Assembly (NCBI GenBank): GCA_002269645.1
Contig: NIVC01003202.1
Location: 1-64,000 of the forward strand
Source: Macrostomum lignano
Taxonomy: Eukaryota
Direction: 5' to 3'
Length of the DNA stretch: 64,000 nucleotides
Shown: positions 10,301 through 22,161 of the stretch, in pieces
Layout of the letters: each line of letters starts with the position of its first letter
Position numbering within the stretch: the first letter of the stretch is position 1
Position numbers and translations under genes: made by a program
The notes under the pieces: generated by a model
Databases searched by the model: none
What the model was told of the DNA's origin: nothing
What the model saw: the letters and a program-made list of their open reading frames with translations, nothing else

Positions 10301-13300
10301 GCTCCATCATCCAGCTGCATCGCTAAGCAGGCATCGCCAGGCCCAATCGCCACCCCCAGAATCCGGCCGCGGTCTTCGCCATCGATGCTCAGCCGGCCAG
10401 CGGAGCTCAGGCTGGCCAGATGACACACAGGCAGCCGGCCACCAGCGGCGACCTCGTCATCTGAGTAATAGTCTTCGTCGACTGCGGCGGCGGCGTCGGT
10501 GAGCAGTCGGCAATAGGCGGCTGCTGCTGATGGCGACGTCGAGGCGTCATTGTGGGCGCCAGACGCCAGGTGCTGAGCGTTAGCAAACGGCGCCAATTCA
10601 GGCTGCGGCGGTGCCTCATCAGCCGCTGGACCATTGTCGCCGAGATTAGATTTAGAGGAGGAACAGACTGACACAGGCGACGTGGCCGCTTGACTTTCTG
10701 AATAATTTTTTTATTTTGGGATTTAAATTGCATTAGACGATATTCCTAATGTTTAGTACATCGTGTAATATGAGATGAGAATGTCTGACCATTCTTTTGG
10801 CGTGGGCAGCCCTCAGAGCTCGCTGATTGGCTGGCTATTCTAGCTCTGGCCCATCCCCTACTCGCCCTGCCCCTCACCCCAAGACCTTGCGCGCTGATTG
10901 GCTGGCTATTCTAGCTCTGGCCCCTCTCTCCTACTCGCCCTGCCCCTCATTCCAAGACCTTGAGCGCTGATTGGCTGGCTATTCTAGCTCTGGCCCCTCT
11001 CTCCTACTCGCCCTGCCCCTCATTCCAAGACCTTGAGCGCTGATTGGCTGGCTATTCTAGCTCTGGCCCCTCTCCTACTCGCCCTGCCCCTCACCCCCAG
11101 ACCTTGTGCGCTGATTGGCCAGATGGTGAAAAAAACGCTCTATGTGGCACGTTGATTACTTAATCAACAAAAATCCAACTTCACAATAGCCCAAGCTTCA
11201 TAATCCCTAATCTTCACAATCCCCAAGCTTCAAACTCTCACCTGTACACTCGGAAGAAGCGGTCACAGCCGCACCAACGCTATTATCACATGGTCTGTGC
11301 AGACCAGAAAAGGTGCCAGCAGCCGCCTGAGTCTCCACCGTTTCCGCTGCCACAGGAGCCTGCCGTTCAGCCGAATTCGAGCTGCCCGCTGAGGCCCCAG
11401 CAGGCGGAGCAGTCGAACTGTGGGCACCGCATCGGCGCTGAGCCTCTCCAGCCTAGGCAGCTGATCCAGTAGACGGGACAGCTCGGCATCGTCAGTCCAG
11501 CAGTCTTTGCCGGCGTCTACGGGCGAGCAGCGGCGCAGCTGAAGTTCCGTCAGCGGCAGGCGATCCAAGCCGGTGAGCTGGCCGGGCCGGACGCAGGTGA
11601 GCTGGAGACGGCGGAGACTGCGGAACGGGGCCAGACTGACTGGCAGCTGCTGCACAGGCAGGTCGCTGCTGCCGTAGCGGCCGGGACTGCCGTACAGACC
11701 GGCCACCTCAAGACTGGCTATGAACTCCAGCAGGTGGCCGAAATCCGAACGGAAACTGCGGCCGGGCTCTGTTGGGTGTTTGGTTGGTTCAGTCAGAGCT
11801 TTGGGAATTCTGCTTGCGAGCTTCGTGATTTCTTGTGTTTGATTCCGATTCTGATACCCTGATTCTGACTCTGGGAATACCAGAATTACAAATTTATGGA
11901 ATCCCAAATTCCATTCCTTGATCCCAATCCCCAAATCCCAAATTCCATTCCTTGATCCCAATCCCAAATCCCAAATTCCATTTCTGATCGATCCCAATCT
12001 CAAATCCCATTCCTCGATTCCAAATCTTATAATCCCAACCCTTGATCCCGAATGCCGGGCCAGCAGTAAGCAGCACTGAAAATAACCCCAAACTCGTACA
12101 CCATCGAATGTCAATTGACGCTAGTATAGAGATTTCTGTAAATAAATCCGTACTCAAACTCAAAGCAAAAAAGCAGCAATGGAAATGCCAGCATCTGGGA
12201 GACACTCACGACAAGTAGGCGCCGCAATCTCCATCCGTTTATTAACGGCGTACACCTGCACCACTGAGAACTCGAACGCGTGACCGCTGGCTAGCCAGGC
12301 CGAGCCCTTTTCGAATAGGTACTCGGTGAGGCTGGCCGTGATGCCCTGCACCTCCTGAGCAGCAGGTGCAGTAGTGAGAGTGAATAATTCAGTGTGAGTA
12401 ACTTCTGCACACACGCTTCTCACTCACTCACTTACTTACTCAGTCAATCACTCACTTGCTCACTCACTCAGTCAGTCACTCACTCACTCAGTCAGTCAGT
12501 CACTCACTTACTTACTTACTCACTTACTTACTTACTCACTCAGTCGTAAGTGTCACTCAGTAAATCACTCACTCACGTACTTAGTCACTCAATTACCCAC
12601 TCAATCCCTCACTCTCCGACTTGCTCACTCACTTACTAAGTCACTCACTCACTCAGTCACTCACTAAGTCACTCACTCACTCAGTCACTCACTTACTAAG
12701 TCACTCACTCACTCACTCATTCACTTACTAAGTCACTCACTCACTCACTCACTCACTTACTAAGTCACTCACTCACTCACTCACTCACTTACTAAGTCAC
12801 TCACTCACTCAGTCACTCACTTACTAAGTCACTCACTCACTCAGTCACTCACTTACTAAGTCACTCACTCACTCAGTCACTTACTTACTTACTCACTCAC
12901 TCACTTCAATCACTCACTCACGTACTCAGTCACTCAATTACACTCACTCAGTTACCCACTCACTCTCTCACTCGCTCACTCATTCACTCACTCACTCACT
13001 TACTCACTGGGGGTTGGCTCTCATAGGCGTGAATTTTTAGGAGTCCGAGGGGCCTTACGGCTGAGCTATCAGCCCCACCCCTGCAGTCAAGTAAAAAATA
13101 CAATTTATCAGCTCACATATTTATCCCAGAGCAGGAACCTGACCAAAGGCATTGGTAAGTTGTCAAATAGGCCAACCAGAGCCTGCAGGTAGATTGACAG
13201 GGCCCGCTGTCGCTCTTCGGCCAGTCGAGTTGACAAGTTGCCTCCGAGAGAGGCCTTCTTGGGCGGCAGCTTGGGAGACAGGGAGCGCATCTCGAATGCG

Positions 13301-13505
13301 CGCTGGCTGCACAACTGTAAGTTGAAGTTAATTAAAGCTTGTGGAGAGGAATTAGGAGGACACTAAAGGACAGGGGATTAAAGACACACGAACAGAGGTA
13401 AGGTAATGATGACCCACTCACTGTTTGATGGAGTGCAAAAAATTCGCTGAATCTTCGCCTGACCAACCAGCAGACATTTGCAATGCAGATTTCAATCTCA
13501 TAGTT
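7333..13505 (-). CDS. NISCH: Nischarin homolog (PX domain, short LRR region, PH-like C-terminal region). Exons 13505-13422, 13314-13117, 12354-12210, 11768-11242 (one apparent frameshift near 11440-11350), 10697-7333; first exon not located
   Basis: PX motifs WLVRRRFSEFFALH and LPPKK...AEERQRALSIYLQ. EVQGITASLTEYLFEKG and SDFGHLLEF...GRYGSSDLPVQQLPVSLAPFRSL match nischarin post-PX segments. C-terminal ALVLTDS...IAQYPL resembles the NISCH C-terminus. GT-AG sites and phases are consistent (0,0,1,1). Confidence 0.88.
8785..9987 (-). repeat. 33-nt tandem repeat (~36 copies) in frame inside the last nischarin exon, encoding QSASGEIDVRG / QSSSGETDVKD variants
   Basis: Unit TGCTGACTGACCTCTGACATCAATCTCTCCGCT on +; no stop in the nischarin frame; no polypyrimidine acceptor at the array edge. 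Confidence 0.9.
10815..11120. repeat. Five ~63-65-nt tandem units with GATTGGCT (reverse CCAAT) in a nischarin intron
   Basis: GCGCTGATTGGCTGGCTATTCTAGCTCTGGCCCC...CAAGACCTT repeated. Confidence 0.9.
12420..13008. repeat. (ACTC)n microsatellite with a higher-order TTACTAAGTCACTC pattern, in a nischarin intron
   Basis: Direct reading. Confidence 0.95.
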
Positions 13506-14627
13506 CTGGAATTCAAAATAGAGGACCAAAAACATTTGTGGTTTGAAACATAAATTATTTACATTATATATTTTTTCAATTGTGGATATAAGATTAACTC
13601 ACAATATATCCTTCAGAAAAGTCGAACCCAATCACTTGGATATTGATTACTCTTCTTTTACCAAACTCATCAATTAGAGAAGCCATGTTGGAATGGTTGA
13701 TTAGAATGAAAAAATCTAATATTTAGGTAGGCTCATGCTATATACTAGTATCAATTTACATCGTTTTTAGATGCCCAGAAAATTGTAATAAAATATTTAT
13801 TTATATTATTTTTTATAGAAATGCATGAAAAAACTATTTCATAATTTAGGAATATCAATGTTGAAGTCATAATTTAAAAATGAACTATGTTAACTCAGAT
13901 AATTGCTAGCAACTGAAATTGGTATTATATATACTGAATCTAATTTTTTAAAGTCTTCGATTTATCCTCCAATATACTAAAAATAAAAACTTAATATATT
14001 AACAATAAGCTATTTGTATACATATACGTACATACCTGTGTTTTATTAAAGAAAATAGCCTTTAAACTGTTTATAAAACCTAAAAAGATAATTTATTCTT
14101 TTACCTTTTATAAGTTTTAAATATTAATCAAGCCATGTGCTTTCTTATCTATTGATCTCTCTATATTTTTATTTAACTAGTATTCCTTGATTTATCCTCT
14201 GTTTATCCTTCTTTTCATCCTTCTTAATGACCTATTTTTCCTCCTATATTTTAATGTCCCTTTCAAAACCTATGTCCAACTTTACAATATTAATAACTAA
14301 TAGACAATATTACTATAGTACTACTAATATAGCTAGATCTAGTTGATATTGATTTCATTGGATATTATTTATGTCTATTATGAAAATTATCTACTTTAAA
14401 AGATATATTCTTTTAATTCTTTTATCTTAAAAAATATTAGCCAAATATAAATTAAAAAGAGTTCCAAGAGTCAATGGGAGCCTTCCTATGATTTTTATTG
14501 TTTTAGATGATGTATAAGTATATTAAAATACCTATAATAAAACTTATGTAAATATATACATATATCATATGTAAATATAAAACATAAATATATATAGATT
14601 GATAGATCTTCTATCTATCTATATATA

Positions 14628-15929
14628 CCGGGTGTCCGGATTGAACGGAAACGCTGCTTAAAACCTCGTTAATTATGTAATCTTTCGCAAAATTCAAAAT
14701 TTTGCATGGGTGTCAGAACCAGCAGAAATCACAGAATTTAATACATCCACTCTTGCAGCTTTATTCCTAACCATGGCTGAGCACAAGGCTCAAAGACGAG
14801 CAATCGCTAAATTACTTTGCGCTGGAAAGTCAACTAGCGACATCAGAGAAGTGCTCAACGTGAGCAGAAAGAGGATTTTCACTGTGAGGAAGCTGCTGAA
14901 CGACACAGCAGATGTCACCAAAAGACATGGGGGTGGTCGTCCGAGGACAAAAAGGACGAAGAAGACCGTCGCAGCCGTCCGGGCGAAGGTCAACCGAAAT
15001 TCCCAAAGGTCGATTCGCCAACTGGCACGTGAGCACGACATGAGCAAGACGACAATGTCGGAGCTCGTCAAAGAAGACCTCGGCATGGTGTCCAGGGCGG
15101 TGGTGCCGAAGAACCTCATCACTTCGAAGCAGAAGGTGTCGCGTCTCAAGCGGTGCAGGCAGTTGCTCACGTGGGTGAAGAACCACGGCTCGCTGGTGCG
15201 CGTGTTCAGCGACGAGAAACTGTTCACCTGTGAACAAGCCGTGAACAGGTGCAACACTCGCTACATCAGTGCCGCCAGCAGCGCGGACACACCTGCCCAC
15301 GTGAAGTACAGTATGAAGTCTAAGCACCCGGCCTCCATCATGATGCTGGGCATCGTTGCGAGCGATGGACGGAGGTGTCCCCCCATTTTCATCAACCCAG
15401 GCACCAAAGTGAATGCTGCATGCTACCAGCAGCTGCTGCAGCAGCACGTGCTGCCTTGGCTGCGTCAGCAGTACCCTGATGGACAGTACGTGTGGCAGCA
15501 GGACGGTGCTCCGGCTCACACAGCGGCCACAACCCAGCAGTTCTTGGCGGACAACATGGCGAACTTCTGGCCGAAGACTATGTGGCCGCCCTCCAGTCCG
15601 GACCTGAATCCGCTGGACTTCTCAATCTGGCAGCGTGTGGAGAGTGAGGCCTGCAGATCCTGCCACAGCAGTGTGGAAGCGCTGCAGGCTGCTGTTCAGC
15701 TGGCGTGGGAGAGAATGGACACCAACTATGTGAGGAAGGTGTGCCAGCAGTTCAGGAAGAGGCTGGAGCGCGTGATCGCGGCCAATGGCGGCCATTTTGA
15801 ATAAGAACAATGCTGACACCTTCCTGTTTACTCTTGTCAAAAATAAATGGTACAGCTGCTTGTCTTGCTGAGAAATTGTAAAAAATATTCAAAAAATCAG
15901 CAGCGTTTCCGTTCAATCTGGACACCCGG
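14628..15929 (+). mobile_element. Full-length Tc1/mariner element, DD37D (maT) family, 1302 bp
   Basis: 31-bp TIRs CCGGGTGTCC(G/A)GATTGAACGGAAACGCTGCT (14628-14658 and 15899-15929, 1 mismatch). TA on both flanks, inside a (TA)n tract. Confidence 0.95.
14773..15804 (+). CDS. DD37D (maT) transposase, 343 aa, uninterrupted
   Basis: N-terminal HTH regions (GGGRPR; SIRQLARE). Catalytic motifs VFSDEKLF, WQQDGAPAH, WPPSSPDLNPLDFSIW, with 37 residues counted between the 2nd and 3rd Asp. Confidence 0.93.
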   Translation: MAEHKAQRRAIAKLLCAGKSTSDIREVLNVSRKRIFTVRKLLNDTADVTKRHGGGRPRTKRTKKTVAAVRAKVNRNSQRSIRQLAREHDMSKTTMSELVKEDLGMVSRAVVPKNLITSKQKVSRLKRCRQLLTWVKNHGSLVRVFSDEKLFTCEQAVNRCNTRYISAASSADTPAHVKYSMKSKHPASIMMLGIVASDGRRCPPIFINPGTKVNAACYQQLLQQHVLPWLRQQYPDGQYVWQQDGAPAHTAATTQQFLADNMANFWPKTMWPPSSPDLNPLDFSIWQRVESEACRSCHSSVEALQAAVQLAWERMDTNYVRKVCQQFRKRLERVIAANGGHFE

Positions 15930-17505
15930 TATATATATATATATATATACGTCTATACATAGTTTAGCAGATTCTTAAATGTTGTGCTTTACATGGCATA
16001 CTAATATATGATTTTAATAAAATATTTCATTTTATTTCATTATATTATTTCATTAATAAAACATTTCATTCATATTTAAAATGAAAAAGTATCATAAATA
16101 CTTAGAGGATTATAGTATACCATTTATACTAGTATTAGCTTAAGGAAAAAAGGGGTATATAAAGGCATGCCCCTTTGAGTTAGACATTTTATTTTTTCTA
16201 TGGCCATATTAGAAATAATAGCATTCATTATTTAAACAAAAAATAATTATATGACATAATCAAAGATACCTTAATAATCTATACTCCTTATTAAAATCTA
16301 TACTCTATTCCTGATAGTCTAGATAGAACTTTTATTCAAACAAAAAAGTATATATTTGTTTTAATTCATTTATGTTTATCCCATAGGCCTAGGTCTAGGA
16401 TCCTCTTTATCTACTACTAGACAAAAAGGCAAAAGACAAAAGACAAAAGACAAATATATAAAATCATTTCACATTGGAAAAAGGATGCCTATGCTATGCC
16501 CCCAATTCAAAAATGTTTATTTTTTCAGATTTTTTCAACATTTTCAAGGATATAACTATAACAAAGAGGGGACATCTATTGGGGTTTGGGATGTGCCCCA
16601 GCCCCTCTAGAGAAAGGGGGATTTTTTACTGTTTTTGTATTTTGCTTTCCATTTTTATTTTTTACACTCCATTTAATAATGAGAGATGGATTGATGTCTC
16701 TGCCCCCTCACACCGAAGGTAAATCATTTTTATGCGCCTGAACATTTTGCGTAGCTTTATTATGTTTAGTTGACTGTTGAAGTAGTGCCCCCAAAATTCT
16801 GCTATGCTTCTGTAAAATGGAAATTAATATAGATTAATAATGGTGTATAGATGCACGTTTATAGCTTAAATTAACCTATTTTTTTGATTACCTCTATATT
16901 ATTTTTTTTGTTTTGGTTAATTAGTCAATAGTTCGACTACCTCCTTATCCCCTAGTTGGACGGATAGTCTGATCTTATGACAAGTTTGATATGCATAGTA
17001 CATCAAACTAACCAGCTCGTATTCTCATAATCAAAATACAGCAAGGGATTTATCTTTCTCAGTTACAAAGGTGGTAATGAATCATTATTAATCATAAAGA
17101 TAACTGATTGATTGTGTTCGCTGTGGCTGTAGACTAATATGCTTCGTATATGTTTCATGGAAAGTGATAATATACTTTATTTTCGAAAATGTTTTAAATA
17201 AATTGAAATAATAAAATTGAACTGCTTAAACTATTTTTTAGCAGAGCTTTAAAGTTGCATGGCTTTTTATTGCATTCAATATTTTTATCAGAAAAGTTTC
17301 ATTTTTAGCGTGCATTGCTTTATACTACGTAAAGCTAAATGTGCTTAATGTGTCAGTATTTGAAGCGGTGCTAGGCACCCACAATACCATGTGCGCTCTC
17401 GACTCGAGAGTAGCTTAACTTGGCTTTAAATACCATTACTTAGGATACAGAATCCCATTGAACACAAATACACTCTACCAATTCTGTCTCACAGTCTCTG
17501 ATTGC

Positions 17506-17689
17506 CAGGGGCGCGGCGGAGTCTCATATTTTAGGGGGGGGGGCACCGGGCACAGGGCAAGGGGAGCACAGGTACCCATATAAGCTGCTAATTAGGGCGT
17601 AAAATCAGAAAAGCCCTAAAAATTACCACGTGGACTCATTTTCTGGGGGGGGGGCTTGCCCCCGGTGCTGCAATCTCCCGCCGCCCATG
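17506..17689. mobile_element. hAT-type MITE, 184 bp
   Basis: Exact 8-bp TSD CTGATTGC (17498-17505 and 17690-17697). Imperfect TIRs CAGGGGCGCGGCGGAG versus CTCCCGCCGCCCATG. Confidence 0.75.
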
Positions 17690-19629
17690 CTGATTGCTTA
17701 AAACGAAAAATGGTGCACTAATTTATTTGATTTGCTTTGGTTTTCATGCTTTTAGAAAGGACGAGGTGCCATATGCGGGTTCCCCGACAGATATTTTTTC
17801 CCATGAACACATAATTCAAACAAAAAATTAACTCATGTTTCGGGATACACTCCTTACTCTGACGCCATATTCAGCTTTAAAAATTTGTCAGCAGAAACTT
17901 TCTGTTCCAAAGGAAAAAACATTGGCACGAATGCAAAGTGTGTCAAAAGACGAATTAATTTGGCATTAGCACCCCTTACAGAGGCTTTTAATATTGCCAT
18001 ATTACCAATTCCAGAATCAGAATCGGTTCGGATCTTCAAAGAAAACCAGCAGTATAACTATTTAATTCTGTTGAATTTTTGACTGCCTTAACAACCTCAC
18101 TTAGCACAATTTTTACTTTCTTCTTTGTGATTGTCATTCAATAATAAAAACTTTATAGCACGTATCTCCCTTTAGTTATGGAGACAAAAAGTTATAGTTC
18201 ACAAATTGATTCTGGTTCTGGAACCAGAACAAGCAATATTGAAAAGGCCCACAAACACATTTTGGAAGCAAACATCTCGGGAAATACAAAAGGCAATCAT
18301 GTGTCTAAGATGTCATTGCAAAGCTGAGACATGTGTCAAGAATTGATAAGTTTCAGAGCAAATATTGAAGCATAGAGACGCAGCGATAAATCAAAGTTTT
18401 GGTTGATCTTTTGTTGATCAACAAAAAGTTAGATTCGTTGATCAATTAATCACATCAAGGTGCCTAATTGTCATTATTCTCATAATTGTATGCCAATCCC
18501 ACCCCACTGGCCCACTGCTTACCTGTATAGGGCACTGCCCTAAAATATAGAATTTAGCCTTGTAGGCAAAGCATAGGCCTATCTTATTTAATTGGTGTGA
18601 TGGTATCTAGGTCCCAAGGGCCAGGACCAGCTGGCCAGGCCCTATAATGGCCTGTTATAGAGCTATATTATAAAAATTAAAAACATTTTCACATAACAAA
18701 TGAGCAACCTGGCTTAGGCCTACTAGCTAGGCCTAACCTACTCTAATTTGTATGTCTTAGTATTATATTAAAATGTAGAATCTAGGTCTAGCTAGGCCTA
18801 TTACTTTCTTGGTTAGGCCTATAGTATAAAGCCTCCAATTTTATTTTATATAGTCTTTATTCTATTTATTCATTGTAGTTTAGCCTATGTCTAGGGTCCT
18901 ATATTGTCATTGGACTAACTATACTATGTTATTATTATTAGCCTAGATCTTAGTCAGTGTAAGAGTCTTTCAAATTGCCAATATGCATAGGCCTAGGCCT
19001 ACAAAAGGCAAATTTGAAAATTGAATAAAAAGTTTGATTTTTATAAATAAATGACTTTGCTATGCAAATAAAAAAAGAAATAAATATATACTTTTTAGCA
19101 AAGAAGAAAACTTTTTATAAGTATAATAGTATTTATAATTATAAATGCACCATGGCTGAACTTTATAAGGTATGCATTAGAAAACTTGACTATTTTAAAA
19201 ATATATTGGCATTAAACTGAACTTTCTATCTTGGATACATGGTCTAACTATTAAGGGCGCATGACCAAGATGACCACACACACACCAAGATGGCCACAGC
19301 TCTGAATGGCTGCTTGGATAGGAATAGGTCTATATATTTCCTCATTTCCTATTGGCTGTGATTGGGGTGAGGTATGACATAGCTTCAAGTCTCGGAGAAA
19401 ACAGATTTCGTTAGTGAAATTAGACTAAGTAAAACAAAAAACACTTCCCTTTATAGCAGGTATTACTACCTACTAAAGCTAGTAGCACTACTAGCACAAG
19501 ACATTTGATTTTTGTATCATGGATAATAGTTTCAAACATATCTCAATATACTAAAACTGACGTGTTGTTTGTATATGTTAAAAGTTAAAGGAGAGGGTAA
19601 AGGTATTAGTTATGATAGAAGTAAGCAAA

Positions 19630-21385
19630 AATTGGAGTGCCTCTTGTCTCTCATCTTTTCTCTCATCTCTGCACTCTCGTCTCTTATCTTTTCTCTGTCA
19701 TCTCTGCCCTCTCGTCTCTAATATTTTCTCTCTCTCTCATCTCTGCCCTCTCCTCTCTCATCTCTTGCCCTCTCCTCTCTTATCTATTCTCTCTCATGTC
19801 TGCCCTCTTCTCTCTTTTCTCTCTCATCTCTGCCCTCTCCTGTATCATCTTTCTCTCTTTCATCTCTGCCCTCTCCTCTCATCTCTTGCCCTCTCTCTCT
19901 CTCATCTATTCTCTCTCTCTCATGTCTGCCCTCTCCTCTCATCTTTTCTCTCTCTCATCTCTGCCCTCTCCTCTCCTCTCTCCTTTCCTCTCTTCTCACC
20001 TCTTTGCTCTCATGCATCTTCCTTTTCCTCTTCATTCTCTTCTCCCTTTCCTCTTTTCTCCTCTCCATTAATCTCCCTTCTCTCTCTCCACTCATATTTA
20101 ATCTCTCCTCTCATCAACTCTCTTCTCCTTTATTCCTTCGCCTCTCCTTTATCCTATGCTTGTATTTCTCTTCTCTATTTCTATTTCTCCTCACATCTGG
20201 CCCGCTTTGTCATCAGGACTCATCGCTTCGCTTTGGGGGCCAACGAAGCGGACTAGAAGGGCAGTCATGAGCTGGGTTCTCAATCGAGGTAAAAAGTTTG
20301 CCAACCCCTGCACTAAAAGCACCTGCATGGCTTAGTCACATTAGATAAAAACTACATATATAGTGAAAGCCGTGTCATGCCATTAAAGATTATAGGACTG
20401 AGAAAATTTATTTATTAGGAGTTAGTCTCCTGTTTGACCCCCGCTGAGTGGCAGAATGGTAGTCAGCCCGTGATTCCTTAATCCCCTCCCAATTAGCGTA
20501 TTGAAAGTTTGCTCGTGTTGCCCCGTTGGATACCGCTTTTCGCTTATTTATGTGCGCTTTCCATTATATTCAAACTATGTTGTGACTCCGTGCTCATGTG
20601 GTGATGTTTAAATATTTAGGATGAGCTCAAACTTTGAGCTCAAATTTGAGCTCGTACGGTATGTGTTTATTCCCTATAAGTCAATATTATCTTGGAAACT
20701 GGAAAAATTTCTATGGGTCTGCCCCGCAGCTAGTATAGGAGGTCCTGCCCCGCTGTTTAAAATTTTGTAGGAACAATGGAAGTCTGGGACTGTTAAAATT
20801 AGCACATTTCAGTTTGATTTCTCGTGTTTGTTTGCACCTTGTAGGTCAGTGCGAAATTCTCTATTCTCTCTCCTCTATCATCTCGACCCTCTCTCCTATC
20901 ATTTATTTCCTGTCTTATCTCCTCTCTCTTATCTCTCATCTGTACTCTCCTTTAACATCTCTCCTCTTTTTTTCCCAAGTCTCCTAACTCTTCTCTCAAC
21001 TTTCTCCCCTTTACTCTTTCACCTCCCCTCTCTACTTTCTCCTCCCTCTCATCTCTCATCTCTCCTGCTCTCCCATCTCTCTTCTCCTTTCTACTCTCTC
21101 CCTTCTCCCTTCTTCTATTTCCTCTCATCTCTCTTCTCTCCCTTGCCCTCTCTTCCTGTCCTCTCGATTCTCCCCCTTTATTCTCCTTTCTCCTTCACTC
21201 CACTTCTCTTCCATTGTCTCTCATGTCTGCTCTCACATATTTCTCTTCTCTCTCCACTCGTCTCTATAATCTCTTCCCTCTCCTCTCTCCTCTGTTCTAG
21301 CTCTACTGTCTCATTTCTCGTCTCTGCTTTCTCATCTCTCCTTTTTCCTCTTTCATCTCTCCTATCTGATCTCTTCTCTCTTCTG
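19630..21385. repeat. Two degenerate CT-rich polypyrimidine tracts (about 19630-20185 and 20860-21385)
   Basis: Nearly purine-free + strand; source of spurious Leu/Ser-rich ORFs. Confidence 0.9.
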
Positions 21386-22161
21386 TTTGTATCAGACTTG
21401 TATCTGTATATGTATTTAGAGGTTCGGCTTATTTTGACGAGATTTCAGAATTGTTAGCCTTGCGTTTCTTGGGTATCAGTACTTGCTGAAAAATACATGC
21501 ATCTAATATCTGTGCAAATTTGCCGCAGTGCATAAAGAGTACAAAGGATATTTACATAAATAAATCTGAGGCTTTATGCTAAGTGCTACATGCAAAGTCA
21601 TTATATTGAGTTATTTATTTACGAGCCAAATTGTTATCATGGTTACCAACCATAGCAGTTGGCTAAAAATGTTAAAACTGAAAAAAGATTGCAATGAAAA
21701 ATAACGATATGGCTGATTTGAGGTAAGCTGTTTTATATAGATAGATTTTTATCTCCACGCAAACCAGTCAGTTAGACTGGATTTATATGACTTCCAATCG
21801 TATTGTATCAGTACAGGCCAAAATTGAAAAAAAATTTGCTCTAGGGTTGGCTTGAGTGTAACGATCTGTGAGGCACCACCACTAGGGGAGCAGTGTAAGG
21901 ACTGTTTGACCATAAATTAACTCTGCTCATTCAAGCTTGAATTGACAGCAACCCCGCCTACCTTTTGTATTCAACTTAAACAACAGAATACGGCTCGTAT
22001 GTGAACTCAATAGAAGTGGAAATCAAAAATAAAAAACTGCATCAGTTGCCACCCATTCACGATATTTCATATTATTTCTAGATACCAACGGATTGACAAC
22101 AGTTTGTAGCAATGAACAAATTGTTTTTCTATGAAATCTTTCATCAGGCCTAGCTGTTATG

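Noticed and set aside
17840-18420. Short exon-like or transposase-like ORFs
   Set aside because: No recognisable motif and no consistent splice partner.
19612-21457. Hydrophobic Leu/Ser/Phe ORFs resembling membrane proteins (also 26863-27357)
   Set aside because: Products of CT-rich low-complexity tracts that cannot contain stop codons.
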